Positions 1 to 13,410 are shown, numbered from the stretch's first letter. The stretch is DNA of 64,000 bases from Paraspadella gotoi (GCA_051294375.1 CM119264.1:29066204-29130203); one strand, 5' to 3'. The notes: generated by a model not told the origin, from the sequence alone. Numbers and translations: made by a program.

Positions 1-329
1 AAGAGAGAGAAAGAGAGAGAAGAGAGAGAAGAGAGAGAGAAGAGAGAGAGAGACGGAGGGAGAACGGAGGGAGAGAGAGAGAGAGAGAGCCTGAACTCGT
101 TTTTTTTAACGATTCCAGAAAGGCCGCGCGCTGATCAAATATATATGTTTTTTTTTTAGAAAGAAAAAAATAATCAGAATTTTTCAAAAAACGAACGATC
201 ACGCAAGGAGAATCGCACACAAAGAGAGACAGAGAGAAACTGAACTCGTTTTTAAACGATTCAGAAAGGCAGCGCCTAAAAAAATATATATATAATTAAA
301 AAATAAATAAAAGAAAGGCAAAAAATGTT

Positions 330-745
330 ACAATGGTTTACAATTGGAAACTTTTCCCAATTTTTTTCCAATCGCAGCTTGTAAAAGATTGATTTTATTT
401 TTATTTGTATTAAAATTAAGATATAGCTTCTCATTAAAAAAATCCTTTGAGTTCCCATTTTTATTAGATTTTTAAAAAAAATTTTTTGAATTTCATCTTC
501 AATATTATATACTGCAATATGTAAATTAGCTTAAAGCATTTCTATATACTAATTTGGATATTATAATCAGTACTATAATCTCATTTGCATATTGCAGTAA
601 ATCATAATGAAGTGGAAATTCAAACAAAAAATACTTAAATCCAAATGTAATGAGAAAATATCAAAGCTATTTTAAATTGAGAAGCCATATCTAAATTTTT
701 AAACTTACTATGATTGCACACTTTTGTAAAACTCTATCATAATTT
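330..745. mobile_element. AT-rich imperfect palindrome (foldback/MITE-like element)
   Basis: Inverted arms centred near 555, e.g. TACTGCAATATG (510-521) vs CATATTGCAGTA (588-599), plus further degenerate matches. Boundaries approximate. Confidence 0.55.
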
Positions 746-1483
746 ATAATAATTTTTTATTTTAAAAAAAAACGTTAAGTCAACAGCCAAACCTATAAAA
801 GCGTAGTACTTTTTATAGTAAAAACCACGTGACGGCCGACGACGACGACGCGACGTCACAAAGAAGCTCACCCGAATCAATATCAAGCCTGAAGAGCCTG
901 AACCGGCTTCGCCGGTCATGGCTTGATAAAAAGGAGGAAAAAGATTTAAAGAGTTTATATTTAGAAAGTGGAAAAGTCAAGTAAAGATAGAAGGTTGAAA
1001 GAAAAATAGGGAAAAAGACGAAGATTAAATTTATAAATAGAAAGAGAGAATATTTTTTTTTTTTTAAAAAGTAGGGATAATGAAAGCGTAAAATGGAAGA
1101 AAGGAGTGGAAGAAAAATAAAAGATTTTAAAAGAATTTAAAAAAATTGAGGAAAAAAGAAACTATTAAAAGGATTAAAAAAAGATGAGGAAAAAAGAAAC
1201 TATTAAAAGGATTTAAAAAAGATGAGGGATACAAAAAAATAAAAGAGCAAAGGAATAATAAAAAGGGGGCGCGAAAATTGTGAGGAAAAAAAAAAGAGAT
1301 AAAATCTAAGAATAATGAAAAACAGGAGGGAATTTTTTTTTTTGGGAGAGGCGGAGCGGAGTCGGGCGAGCAACGGTAACGCCCGGGGGAAAAAGGCCAA
1401 TGTTAAATAAAAAAAATAATTAATAGCTAACAAACCCGCGCGAAATTAAAAAAAACAAGTCTGGAGGTTCGCAGGTGAATGGG

Positions 1484-1538
<55 letters not shown>

Positions 1539-1660
1539 TTCTCTCTCCCTTTCTATCTCTATCTCGCTTTTCACAAAACCCTGTTGGTTTTCTTTCTCTT
1601 TTTTTTCCTCATGTGAGCTAATCGTTTTCCCAAGCACCGTTTCTTATCAACCACGACTCC

Positions 1661-1900
1661 TCCTTTCTTTTCCTTTTTAATCTTTTCTCTCAACATTAAA
1701 AAGTGACATCTCCTCATTCAGACCCTTTTCCTCCCTTCCTCCTTTCTTTTCCTTTTTAATCTTTTCTCTCAACATTAAAAAGTGAGATCTCCTCATTCAG
1801 ACCCTTTTCCTCCCTTCCTCCTTTCTTTTCCTTTTTAATCTTTTCTCTCAACATTAAAAAGTGACATCTCCTCATTCAGACCCTTTTCCTCCCTTCCTCC
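1661..1900 (+). repeat. 79-bp tandem repeat, 3 copies
   Basis: Unit cctttcttttcctttttaatcttttctctcaacattaaaaagtgacatctcctcattcagacccttttcctcccttcct repeats at 1662, 1741 and 1820. It recurs in duplication copy 2 at ~6940-7180. Confidence 0.9.
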
Positions 1901-2149
1901 TTTATTTTTCTTTTTCTTCACCATCTTTAAGTTTTCCATATTCATTCTCCTAATTCTCCCCGTTCGTCTCACTTTCTACCAACTTCTCTCGATTCTCCTT
2001 TCCTGTTATCCTATCCCTGCTGGCGGCTGGTTCTCCCATTCCCCTCAACCTGTACCTAATTCTCCCGATACTCCTTCATTGTTCTTCTCCACTACTTGCC
2101 TGGTGGTTGTCCCTATTCTCCTAACCAAGTGCCCAAATTTATTCAATCT

Positions 2150-2800
2150 GGTTCCCTGTTCTCCTCGACTGGTTGGCCGCTGGGTGTTTCAATTCTCTTC
2201 ACCCTTTAACTTATTCTCCCAAATCTTCTCCATTCTCCTCGACTGGTTGGTGGCTGGTTCTCTCCATTATCTTCACCCTTTACCCAATTCTCCCAAATCT
2301 TCTTCTTTGTTCTCCTCAACTGGTTGGTGGATGGTTCTCTCCTTTCTCCTCACCCTTTACCCAATTCAACTAAAAATTTTCTTCTTCATTCTCCTCGATT
2401 GGTTCATTCCATTCTCAACACCCTCTACCCAATTCTCCGAAATCTTCTTCTTCATTCTCCTCGATTGGTTCATTCCATTCTCCACACCCTCTACCCAATT
2501 CTCCTAAATATTCTTCCTCGTTCTCCTTGACTGGTTTTCTCCATTCTCCACACTCTCTACCCAATTCTCCCAAATATTTTTCTCCGTTCTCCTCGACTGG
2601 TTGGCGGCTGGTTCCTCGGTTCTCTCTTTGTTCTCGCGTAATTACCCCCAAGTAATTGGCTTTTCCTTTCGACCCTCGGCCCCGGACGCGCATTTTCTTT
2701 GGGGCCCGAGACGCGCATTTTCTTTGGAGCCCGAGACGCGCATTTTCTTTGGGGCTCGAGACGCGCATTTTTTAAATGCCCCTGACACGCATTTTAACTC
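2150..2800 (+). repeat. Degenerate ~60-70-bp minisatellite followed by a ~24-bp minisatellite
   Basis: Recurring ttctcctcgactggtt...tacccaattctcc units (2150-2620), then about 5 ggcccgagacgcgcattttcttt units (2680-2800). Confidence 0.8.
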
Positions 2801-3079
2801 GGCAGTAAGGATAAAAGTGACAGAAATTGAAATTTACTAGAATTGTAGATAAAATTTATTCATAGTATTTTTTGAACTTATCCAGGCAACAATAAAATAA
2901 AGACGGTGAGACAGAGAGAGAGAGAGAGGGAGAGAGGGAATTAGCTCATACCCTCAGGTTCCCGTTTTTTGTCGACGTTCCATTCGTTTCTTCTCCAACT
3001 AAAAAAACTGACGTTTCCCGAAATAGAAAGATAATCAGAAAATTACGAAAATCCTTATGGACACAAAACAAACTACCAT

Positions 3080-3133
<54 letters not shown>

Positions 3134-3370
3134 CCGAAAATGGGAAACAATTGTCAAGAGACTTCATCCGTCTCGTCTTTTAATCCTCCGCTCGGTTTTT
3201 CCAAGATTATGAGTCTTAGTTTTTCAAACGGAAATTTTCCGACGTCTCCTTTTTCTTTCTCCTTTTTCTTTCTCTTTTTTCTTTTTCTTTTCTTCTTCTT
3301 ATTTTTTATCTTTCTTTTTTTCACAATGCGATTTCCTTTATCTTGCTTGAGAATTTTGGTGGCGACCAAT

Positions 3371-3569
3371 TGTAACTTTGATTATTATTTTGCGGAAGAC
3401 GATGCCTGCGAGCAGTTCACCGTCCGTTGCACACAAGTTCCCGAACTTGTGTGAATCAGCAGGGCACGAACCGGAATCCTTTGGGTTGGGAGGAGCTCGT
3501 GCTACCTCCCGCGCCATAGGTGCAGCAGATTCTGGGACGAGTAACGGGGTGTGAAATACTAGCGCTACA
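3371..3569. mobile_element. Possible solo LTR related to the TRIM-like insertion at 10481-11755
   Basis: GC-rich island bounded by TGTAAC...GCTACA. Its right end (tcgtgctacctcccgcgcca...ggacg...ggggtgtgaaatact...gctaca) resembles the right end of the 11482-11755 unit (tcgtgttcccctctgagcca...ggacg...ggtgtgaatatactgccaca). No clean TSD. Confidence 0.35.
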
Positions 3570-4511
3570 ATTTTCAATTATCTGCGTCTGTCAGTCGCTT
3601 TTCGAATTCAATGCATCTTAATATCATTCGCTTTTCTTTCTGTCGCTATTTTCATTCATGTGTTAATTTTTTTCTGATTTCATTTTTTCTCTCCACTTTC
3701 TTTTATTTCTTCTGTACTATTTTTCCTATCACATATTTTTTAGTCATCTTTCCCTTTGTCATCATTTTTTTGTGTCCTCATTTTCCCCCCTCTTGTCTTC
3801 CTTTTGTCATCATTTTTCTCTTTCATTTTTTTTTCTGTCATCAATATCCCATGTCTCTTCTTCCTTGTCATCCTTTTTCTTCTGTCATCATTTTCCCTTG
3901 TCATATCTTTCTTCCTTCATCAGTTTTCATCGAGTATCGCTTTGTTTTTTTCTTCCTCTTCCTCTTCCCCATACCCTTCCTCCTACCCATCCCCTTCCTC
4001 TTCCTCAATCCTTGTTTTGTTTCCAAAAAAGACGAACTCTCCAGAATTTCATTGCGACTTAAGTTAAGCCTCTTTCTCTTTTCTTTTCTCTTTTCCTTTC
4101 CTTTCCTTTCCTTTCCTTTCCTTTCCTTTCCTTTCCTTTCCTTTCTTTTCCTTTCTTTTCCTTTCTTTGCCTTTATTTTCCTTTCCTTTCCTTTCCTTTC
4201 CTTTCCTTTCCTTTCCTTTCTTTTCCTTTCTTTTCCTATCCTTTATATTCATTTTCTTTTCATTAAAAATCAAGCCTCAACTTAAAAAACATAAGGGTCA
4301 ATTCAGCGCTTTTTTTCGCTTCGTAAAAAAGTACAGCGTGTTCCTTAAAGTCAGTTCTGCCAAATCACCCTGTAAAACCTTACAAGGTTTCGGGAAATTT
4401 CTCTCATCTTTCCCCTTCTCTTCTTTCCGTCTCGTTTGTCCCGAGAGAAGATAAGAAATGAGATAAATGAAGAGAGAAAATAATGAAAAGAAAAACGGGT
4501 GAAGGCTCCAG

Positions 4512-4563
<52 letters not shown>

Positions 4564-4680
4564 CTTTGACCTCTCTGCACGTCTACAGACTCATCTCATT
4601 TTCCAAATCGGTTCTCACTTCACCTCTCGCCCTTCTAACTCTCCTCTCTTTTTCCCAATTCGTTCACCCATTCTGCTTTT

Positions 4681-5511
4681 TTAGTTGCACTGCGTATTCT
4701 CTTTAGGTCGGTCGGTCAGTCGGTATGTCTGTGTGTCGATCTGTTAAAAAGGCTTAAAATTTCAGTAGTAATTGATCAATTTAGTTTATACTTGATAGGA
4801 AGGTAAGGAACTATAAGACCTTTAATATTCATATGTATTATACTAAAATTTAATACAGCACAGATCATAAAGTACTGTAAAGTATATATTATATTTAATA
4901 GACTAGTAAGTTATCCATGAATAATGATTATGCATTAAAGCGTAGCAAAAAAATCAAAATCAAGGAGAATCAAAATTCGAATAGTAGATTATGAACAGGC
5001 TTGTACCTGTGAACTATTTTAAATAAAAAAAAATTATTTGTTAATTTTTGCGTAGTCTATAATTATAAATAGTACTCACCATAGAAAATTTCCGAATTTT
5101 AAAATGTTTTTTCATCATTTTTAAAAGCAGATGCGAATTCTTTAAAAAAAGTTGATAAAAGGAAATATAACTCTTTTTAAAAAATTTAAAAAATCTTAAA
5201 AACTATTATAATTAACCTATAATTAAATTTTAGTATAAAAAATATAGATTTTTTAATTTTTAGCTAAATTAATAAAATAATTATTTATTAAGACTTATAA
5301 TTTCCTTTATCAACTTTTTAAGAGAAATTATAATCTGCTTTCAAAACTAAGAAGTAAGAAATATCAATGTTTTCTAGTACAAGACTGTTCATAATCAACT
5401 ATTCGAATTTTACGCCTTATTATGCATATATTTTATACTAGTGTATTCACGAATCATAATCACTTGACCACAAAGTAAATGCGGTGCAACACGTTAGAAG
5501 GACCGTTCTTA
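4681..5511 (+). mobile_element. Helentron-associated (HINE/DINE-1-like) non-autonomous element containing an AT-rich foldback
   Basis: Subterminal inverted repeats GTTGCACTGC (4684) / GCGGTGCAAC (5481), a GGTC/GTCY microsatellite near the 5' end and T-rich flanks. Ends are homologous to 18946-19245. Internal palindrome arms at 4975-4998/5385-5408 and 5146-5170/5295-5319. Confidence 0.6.
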
Positions 5512-5660
5512 TTTTTTCTTTCTTTTGCTCTTTTTTCTTGCTTTACTCTTAGTTTTAATCTTAACCAGAGAGAAAGGCTAAGGAAGAGAAATACATTTTC
5601 CATCAAAATTTTGAATACCTTTCCTTTTATTCGATTATCTTTTATTCAAAATTTCGTTCT

Positions 5661-5696
<36 letters not shown>

Positions 5697-8349
5697 ATTA
5701 AAGAATATAAGGGCTTCTCATTAAAAAATCCTTTGAGGTTCCATTTTTATTTAGATTTTTAAAAAAAATTTTTGAAATTTCATCTCACATATTATATACC
5801 TGCAATATGTAAATTAGCTTAAAGCATTTCTATATACTAATTTGGATATTATAATCAGTACTATAATCTCATTTGCATATTGCAGTAAATCATAATGAAG
5901 TGGAAATTCAAACAAAAAATACTTAAATCCAAATGTAATGAGAAAATATCAAACTATTTTAAAATTGAGAAGCCATATCTAAATTTTTAAACCTTACAAT
6001 GATTGCACACTTTTGTAAAACTCTTATCATAATTTATAATAATTTTTTATTTTAAAAAAACGGTAAGTCAACAGCCAAACCTATAAAAGCGTAGTACTTT
6101 TTATAGTAAAAACAGCGTGACGGCCGACGACGACGACGAGCACGTCACAAAGAAGCTCACCCGAATCAATATCAAGCCTGAACCGGCTTCGCCGGTCATG
6201 GCTTGATAAAAAAGAAGGAAAAAGATTTAAAGAGTTTATATTTAGAAAGTGGAAAAAGTCAAGTAAAGATAGAAGGTTGAAAGAAAAATAGGGAAAAAGA
6301 CGAAGATTTAAATTTATAAATAGAAAGAGAGAATATTTTTTTTTTTTTTAAAAAGTAGGGATAATGAAAGCGTAAAATGGAAGAAAGGAGTGAAGAAAAT
6401 AAAAAGATTTTTAAAAGAATTTAAAAAAATTTGAGGAAAAAGAAACTATTAAAAGGATTAAAAAAAGATGAGGAAAAAAGAACTATTAAAGGCAATTTAA
6501 AAAAGAATGAGGGATACAAAAAATAAAAGAGCAAAGGAATAATAAAAAGGGGGCCGCGAAAAATTGTGAGGAAAAAAAAAAGAGATAAAATCTAAGACCT
6601 AATGAAAAACAGGAGGGATTTTTTTTTTTGGGACGAGTGCGGAGCGGAGTCGGGCAGAGCAACGGTAACGCCCGGGGGAAAAAAGGCCAATGTTACATAA
6701 AAAAGATAATTTAATAGCTAACAAACCCGCGCGAAATTAAAAAAAACAAGTCTGGAGGTTCGCAGGTGAATGGGATTCTCTCTCTCTCTCTCTCCCTCTC
6801 TCTCTCTCTCTCTCACTCTTCTCTCTCCCTTTCTATCTCTATCTCGCTTTTCACAAAACCCTGTTGGTTTTCTTTCCTTTTTTTTCCTCATGTGAGGCTA
6901 ATCGTTTTCCAAGCACCGTTTCTTATCAACCACGACTCCTCCTTTCTTTTCCTTTTTAATCTTTTCTCTCAACATTAAAAAGTGACATCTCCTCATTCAG
7001 ACCCCTTTTCTCCCTTCCTCCTTTCTTTTCCTTTTTAATCCTTTTCTCTCAACATTAAAAAGTGAGATCTCGTCATTCAGACCCTTTTCCTCCCTTCCTC
7101 CTTTCTTTTCCTTTTTAATCTTTTCTCTCAACATTAAAAAGTGACATCTCCTCATTCAGACCCTTTTCCTCCCTTCCTCCTTTATTTTTCTTTTTCTTCA
7201 CCATCTTTAAGTTTTCCATATTCATTTCTCCTAATTCTCCCCGTTCGTCTCACTTTCTACCAACTTCTCTCGATTCTCCTTTTCCTGTTATCTATCCCTG
7301 CTGGCGCTGGTTCTCCCAATTCCCCTCAACCTGTACCTAATTCTCCCGATACTCCCTTCATTGTTCTTCTCCACTACTTGCCTGGTGGTTGTCCTATTCT
7401 CCTAACCAAGTGCCCAAATTTATTCAATCTGGTTCCCTGTTCTCCTCGACTGGTTGGCCGCTGGGTGTTTCAATTCTCTTCACCCTTTAACATTATTCTC
7501 CCAATCTTCTCCATCTCCCTCGACTGGTTGGTGGCTGGTTCTCTCCATTATCTTCACCCTTTACCCAATTCTCCCAAAATCTTCTTCTTTGTTCTCCTCA
7601 ACTGGTTTGGTGGATGGTTTCTCTCCTTTCTCCTCACCCTTTACCCAATTCAACTAAAAATTTCTTCTTCATTCTCCTCGATTGGTTTCATTCCATTCTC
7701 AACACCCTCTACCCAATTCTCCGAAATCTTCTTCTTCATTCCTCGGATTGGTTCATTCCATTTCCACACCCTCTATCCCAATTCTCCTAAATATTCTTCC
7801 TCGTTCTCCTTGATGGTTTCTCCATTCTCCACACTCTCTACCCCAATTCTCCACAATATTTTTCTCCGTTCTCCTCGACTGGTTGGCGGCTGGTTCCTCG
7901 GTTCCTCTCTTGTGTCTCGCGTAATTACCCCAAGTAATTGGCTTTTCCTTTCGACCCTCGGCCCGGACCGCATTTCTTGGGGCCCGAGACGCGCATTTTC
8001 TTTGGAGCCCGAGACGGCGCATTTCTCTTTGGGGCCGCAGACGCGCATTTTTAAATGCCCCTGACACGCATTTTAACTCGCGTAAGGATAAAAGTGACAG
8101 AAATTGAAATTTACTAAATTGTAGATAAAATTTATTCATAGTATTTTTTGAACTTATCCAGGCAACATAAAATAAAGCGGTGAGACAGAGAGAGGAGAAG
8201 AGGGAGAGAGGGAATTAGCTCATACCCTCAGGTCCGTTTTTTGTCGACGTCCATTCGTTCTTCTCCAACTAAAAAAACTGACTTTCCCGGAAATAGAAAG
8301 ATAATCAGAAAATTACGAAATCCTTATGGACAACAAAACAAACTACCAT

Positions 8350-8381
<32 letters not shown>

Positions 8382-9781
8382 CTCTCTCTCTCTCTCTCTC
8401 TCTCCCGAAAATGGGAAACAATTGTCAAGAAGACTTCATCCGTCTCGTCTTTTAATCCTCCGCTCGGTTTTTTCCAAGATTATGAGTCTTAGTTTTTCAA
8501 CGGAAAATTTTCCGACGTCTCCTTTTTCTTTCTCCTTTTTCTTCTCTCTTTTCTTTTTCTTTTCTTCTTCTTATTTTTTATCTTCTTTTTTCAACTATGC
8601 GATTTCCTTTATCTTGCTTGAGAATTTTGGTGGCGACCAATTGTAACTTTGATTATTATTTTGCGGCAAGACGATGCCTGCGAGCAGTTCACCGTCCGTT
8701 GCACACAAGTTCCCGAACTTGTGTGAATCAGCAAGGGCACGAACCGAATCCTTTGGGTTGGGAGGAGCTCGTGCTACCTCCCGCGCCATAGGTGGCAGCA
8801 GATTCTGGGACGAAGTAACGGGGTGTGAAATACTAGCGCTACAATTTTCAATTATCTGCGTCTGTCAGTCGGTTTCGAATTCAATGCATCTTAATATCAT
8901 TCGCTTTTCTTTCTGTCGCTATTTTCATTCATGTGTTAATTTTTTCTGAATTTCATTTTTCTCTCCACTTTCTTATTTCTTTCTGTACTATTTTTCCTAT
9001 CACATATTTTTTAGTCATCTTTCCTTTTGTCATCATTTTTTTGTGTCCTCATTTTCCCCCTCTTGTCTTCCTTTGTCATCATTTTTCTCTTTCATTTTTT
9101 TCTGTCATCAATATCCCATGCTCTTCTTCCTTGTCATCCTTTTCTTCTGTCATCATTTTCCCTTGTCATATCTTTCTTCCTTCATCATTTTTCATCGAGT
9201 ATCGCTTTGTTTTTTTCTTCCTCTTCCTCTTCCCCATACCCTTCCTCCTACCCATCCCCTTCCTCTTCCTCAATCCTTGTTTTGTTTTCTCAAAAAAGAC
9301 GAACTCTCCCAGAATTTCATTGCGACTTAAGTTAAGCCTCTTTTCTCTTTCTTTTTCTCTTTCCTTCCTTTCCTTCCTTTCCTTTCCTTTCCTTTCCTTT
9401 CCTTTCCTTTCCTTTCTTTTCCTTTCTTTTCTTTTCTTTGCCTTTATTTTCCTTTCCTTTCCTTTCCTTTCCTTTCCTCCTTTCCTTTCTTTTTCCTTTC
9501 TTTTCCTATCCTTTATATTCATTTTCTTTTCATTAAAAATCAAGCCTCAACTTAAAAAACATAAGGGTCAATTCAGCGCTTTTTTCGCTTCGTAAAAAAA
9601 GTACAGCGTGTTCCTTAAAGTCAGTTCTGCCAAATCACCCTGTAAACCTTACAAGGTTTCGGGAAATTTCTCTCATCTTTCCCCTTCTCTTCTTTCCGTC
9701 TCGTTTGTCCCGAGAGAAGATAAGAAATGAGATAAATGAAGAGAGAAAATAATGAAAAGAAAAACGGGTGAAGGCTCCAGA

Positions 9782-9844
<63 letters not shown>

Positions 9845-12279
9845 CTCTCTCTCTCTCCTTTGACTCTCTGCACGTCTACAGACCTCATCTCTTTCAAATC
9901 GGTTCTCACTTCACCTCTCGCCCTTCTAACTCTCCTCTCTTTTTCCCAATTCGTTCACCCCATTCTGCTTTTTTAGTTGCACTGCGTATTCTCTTTAGGT
10001 CGGTCGGTCAGTCGGTATGTCTGTGTGTCGATCTCGTTAAAAAGGCTTAAAATTGCAGTAGTAATTGATCAATTTAGTTTATACTTGAATAGGAAGGTAA
10101 GAGAACTATAAGACACTTTAATATTCAATATGTTATATACTAAAATTTAATAAGCACAGATCATAAAAGACGTAAAGTATATATTATATTTAATAGCTAG
10201 TAGGGGGGGGGGGTTATCCATAATATGATTATGGCATTAAAGCGTAGCAAAAAAATCAAAATCAAGGAGAATCAAAATTCCGAATAGTAGATTATGACAC
10301 AGGCTTGTACCTGTGACTATTATTAAATAAAAAAAAATTATTTGTTAATTTTTGCGTAAGTCTATAATTATAAATAGTACTCACCATAAGAAATTTCCGA
10401 ATTTTAAAATGTTTTTTCAATCATTTTTAAAAAAACAGATGCGAATTCTTTAAAAAAAAGTTGAATAAAAAGGAAATATATGGCAACGGGAGGAATAACC
10501 TGTGATAACCCGGGGCGGCGGTATCTCACGCAACTTGGCGTGGGGCTGCGGACCTCAGTGACCGCCTCCTGTCAACTGGCATTTTATACCCGGCACCCGT
10601 CCACATTAAGCCAAACCGGGACACGCCAGGATTGAACCCGGACCCCACGATGGAATGAGATGATTTAGCTTGCTCAGGCCATTGAGACAAGGCTGAGGAC
10701 GGAATACACAGCAGTGAGGCAGCTTTAAGTCTTGCTGCCACAGGAATCCCCCAACCTGCTTCTCCACAACGGGGCCTCATCCTGAGAGATGTCTGAGAGA
10801 AAGTTTTGATCCATTGCCATAGGAGAGCGGGCGAGCGAGCGATGCGAGCGGAAGCGTTAAATTCGCGTGAGAGAAGTAGGGCATAAGGCGTGATAATGCA
10901 TACCCCAAGCGACGTAAGCGTGGGGGGCGCAATGGTGCGGCAGCGGTGCGTGTTCGAGAGTAGGCTCACCACTTATGGCAAAGCCGGGTTGCCTGTGGAT
11001 GCCCATTGGGATGGGGCATCTCATACCTGTTGCTTTGGGGCTTTCCGACCTCAGTGACGCATCCAGTTCCACTGGCCCGTTACCCTAGACGGTCTCGCTT
11101 TGGCCAACGCAGAGGAAGCATTAGGACTGTGGATGAACACTAGCGCCTGGGGAATGGTGTGGTTCCCCTCTGAGTCCCAATGATTTTGGCTGAACGATGG
11201 TGGACGTGAGGGGGTGTGAATATACTGCCGACAGGATCCCGGACCAAGACATCACTCAGGTTCCCAAAGCCTGAGAGGTGTCTGACCAGACTGGTCACCA
11301 TAGTGGGGAGAGAGGAAGAAGAGAGAGCCGCGAGTGTTGTGGGGGCATAGCGTTTGTTCGTAGCGGTACCCAGGGGCATAGGCGTTGTCGTAAGCGTACC
11401 CAAAGTCGGCAGGGCATAGCGTTTGTTGTAGCGTGACCCTGAAAGGTGGCGCGGTGTTCGATGAGTAGGGCTCACCACTTATGGCAACACGGGTTGCCTT
11501 GTGATGCCCATTGGATGGGGCATCTCACTGTTGGCTTTGGGGGCTTCCGACGCCTCCAGTGACGCATCCAGTCCTGGGCGGCGGTTCCGACACCTAAGGA
11601 CGGTCTCGCTTTGGTGCAAACGCAGGGAGGGAAGGTCATCTTAAAGGACTGTGGAATGGAACATCTAACGCCTTGGGATTGTCGTGTTCCCCTCTGAGCC
11701 AATGGATTTGGCTGAAACGATTGTGGACGTGAGGCGGTGTGAATATACTGCCACATATAACTCTTTTTAAAAATTTAAAAAAAAATCTTAAAAGAAACTA
11801 TTATAATAACCTTAATTAAATTTAAGTATTAAAATATAGAGATTTTTTTAATTTTTAGCTAAATTAATAAAATAATGTATTTTTAGACTTATAATTTCCT
11901 TTATCAACTTTTTAAGAGAAATTATAATATTTGCTTTCAAAACTAAGAAGTAAGAAATATCAAATGTTTTCTAGTAGCAAGACTGTTCATAATCAACTAT
12001 TCGAATTTCTACGCCTTATTATGCATATATTTTATACTAGTGGTATTCACGAATCCATAATCACTTGAACCACAAAGTAAATGCGGTGCAACACGTTAGA
12101 GACCGTTTCTTATTTTTTTCTTTCTTTTTGCTCTTTTTTTCTTAGCTTTAACTCTAGTTTTAAATATTAAACCAAGAGAGACAAGGCTAAGGAAGAGAAA
12201 ATGTAAACATTTTCCATCAAAATTTTGAAATACTTTTCCTTTTATTCGATTATCTTTTATTCAAAATTTCGTTTTTCCA

Positions 12280-12319
<40 letters not shown>

Positions 12320-12384
12320 TTCTCTCCTCGTCTCTCTCTCTCCTCTCATCTCTTATCTCTCTCTCTCTCTCTTTTCTCTCTTTT
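5697..12384 (+). repeat. Tandem segmental duplication, copy 2 (indel-rich, with a 1.27-kb insertion)
   Basis: Colinear with 411-5696, differs mostly by 1-bp indels, and ends at a 25-N gap. Confidence 0.9.
10481..11755 (-). mobile_element. Tandem-array TRIM-like non-autonomous LTR element (LTR-int-LTR-int-LTR)
   Basis: Absent from the empty site in copy 1 (ggaaa-tata-actc at ~5161) and flanked by TATA on both sides (10477-10480, 11756-11759). Three ~260-275-bp units starting tggcaa and ending tgcc(g)aca alternate with two ~240-bp spacers. TGGTGAGCC, a PBS-like motif, lies next to the internal units on the minus strand. Confidence 0.6.
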
Positions 12385-12409
12385 NNNNNNNNNNNNNNNN
12401 NNNNNNNNN
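12385..12409. other. Assembly gap (25 N)
   Basis: Run of N. Other gaps are at 35784-35883, 44925-45392, 47007-47031 and 49385-49409. Confidence 0.99.
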
Positions 12410-12499
12410 AATGACATTCTCCGTCCTTGTTTTTACAGTGATACATTTTGGTTCAAAAGGAAAAAAATAAAGTATGTGACTTTACAATGTTACTTCTAA

Positions 12500-12765
12500 T
12501 ATTCGTGTCGACAAAGACAAGACGACGACGGCGACAAACGAGACGGACACCGATGACGACCAAAGATGACGACGGACGGAAGCAAAGTACGATGACGCAC
12601 TGATGACGACAAACGACGAACGACAGACGACGCGATGACGACACACGACCACGACGCGCGATGACGACAACGATGCACAACGACGACGACAGCAAGACCG
12701 AATGACGACGACGGCCGCCGATGACAAAGACGACGACAGCAAAGACGAATGACGACGACCGACAT
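12500..12765 (+). repeat. Degenerate (GAC/GAT)n low-complexity tract
   Basis: gacgacgatgacgac-type repeats. Confidence 0.85.
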
Positions 12766-12888
12766 ACAAGGTGGATGCCAGCAAAAAGGATCGTTTGGGA
12801 ATTTTTTATCACGAGTTTTCAGGGTCGACGAATAAAGCGGAACGCGTTCGGTTTCACTTACCTAAGATTAACTTACCTCTAAGATGAA

Positions 12889-12973
<85 letters not shown>

Positions 12974-13169
12974 ACAGATGTTTGTCAAAAGATTAGCACG
13001 GAAGGTTTTTATTTAGTAAAACCAATAAGTTTTTCTGTTAAAACTTTTCGTTAATCTAATTGATGCTTAAAACATGAAACTTAGTATTACAGTAATATTG
13101 TTTGGATAATGATGATCGCGTATAGTTAATTAAAACGTAGTGATAGAGAGAACAAAAAAGTGAGTGACA

Positions 13170-13410
13170 AAGAAACCACGAGACCAAGAGACCAAGAGGC
13201 CAAGAGACCAAGAGATCAAGAAGCTAATAAACCAAGAGGTCAAGATGTCAAGATACCATGAGGCCAAGGGGCCAAGAGTCCAAGAGATCAAAGGGCCAAT
13301 AGACCAAGATACAAAGTGACTCAGAGACCAAGAGGCCCAGCGATCAAGAAACCAAAGAAACCAAGAGACCAAGTGGCCAAAAAAACAAGAAACCAAGAGA
13401 CCAAGAGGCA
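13170..13410 (+). repeat. Degenerate 8-9-bp tandem repeat (ccaagaga/ccaagagg)
   Basis: Many consecutive ccaaga-core units. Confidence 0.85.

Larger units (their letters stand above)
411..5696 (+). repeat. ~5.3-kb tandem segmental duplication, copy 1
   Basis: Sequence from 'gcttctcattaaaaaaatcctttga' (~426) onward recurs colinearly from ~5713 through to the gap at 12385. Confidence 0.93.

Noticed and set aside
3611-4454. ORFs of up to 224 aa (and duplicates at 8933-9595; similar ORFs at 17792-18349 and 44002-44756)
   Set aside because: F/L/S- or K/R/E-only translations of (CTTT)n, (CTTTC)n and (CT)n tracts that lack stops by composition.
7141-8064. 307-aa ORF
   Set aside because: Runs through pyrimidine-rich minisatellites, and the frame is not conserved in duplication copy 1.
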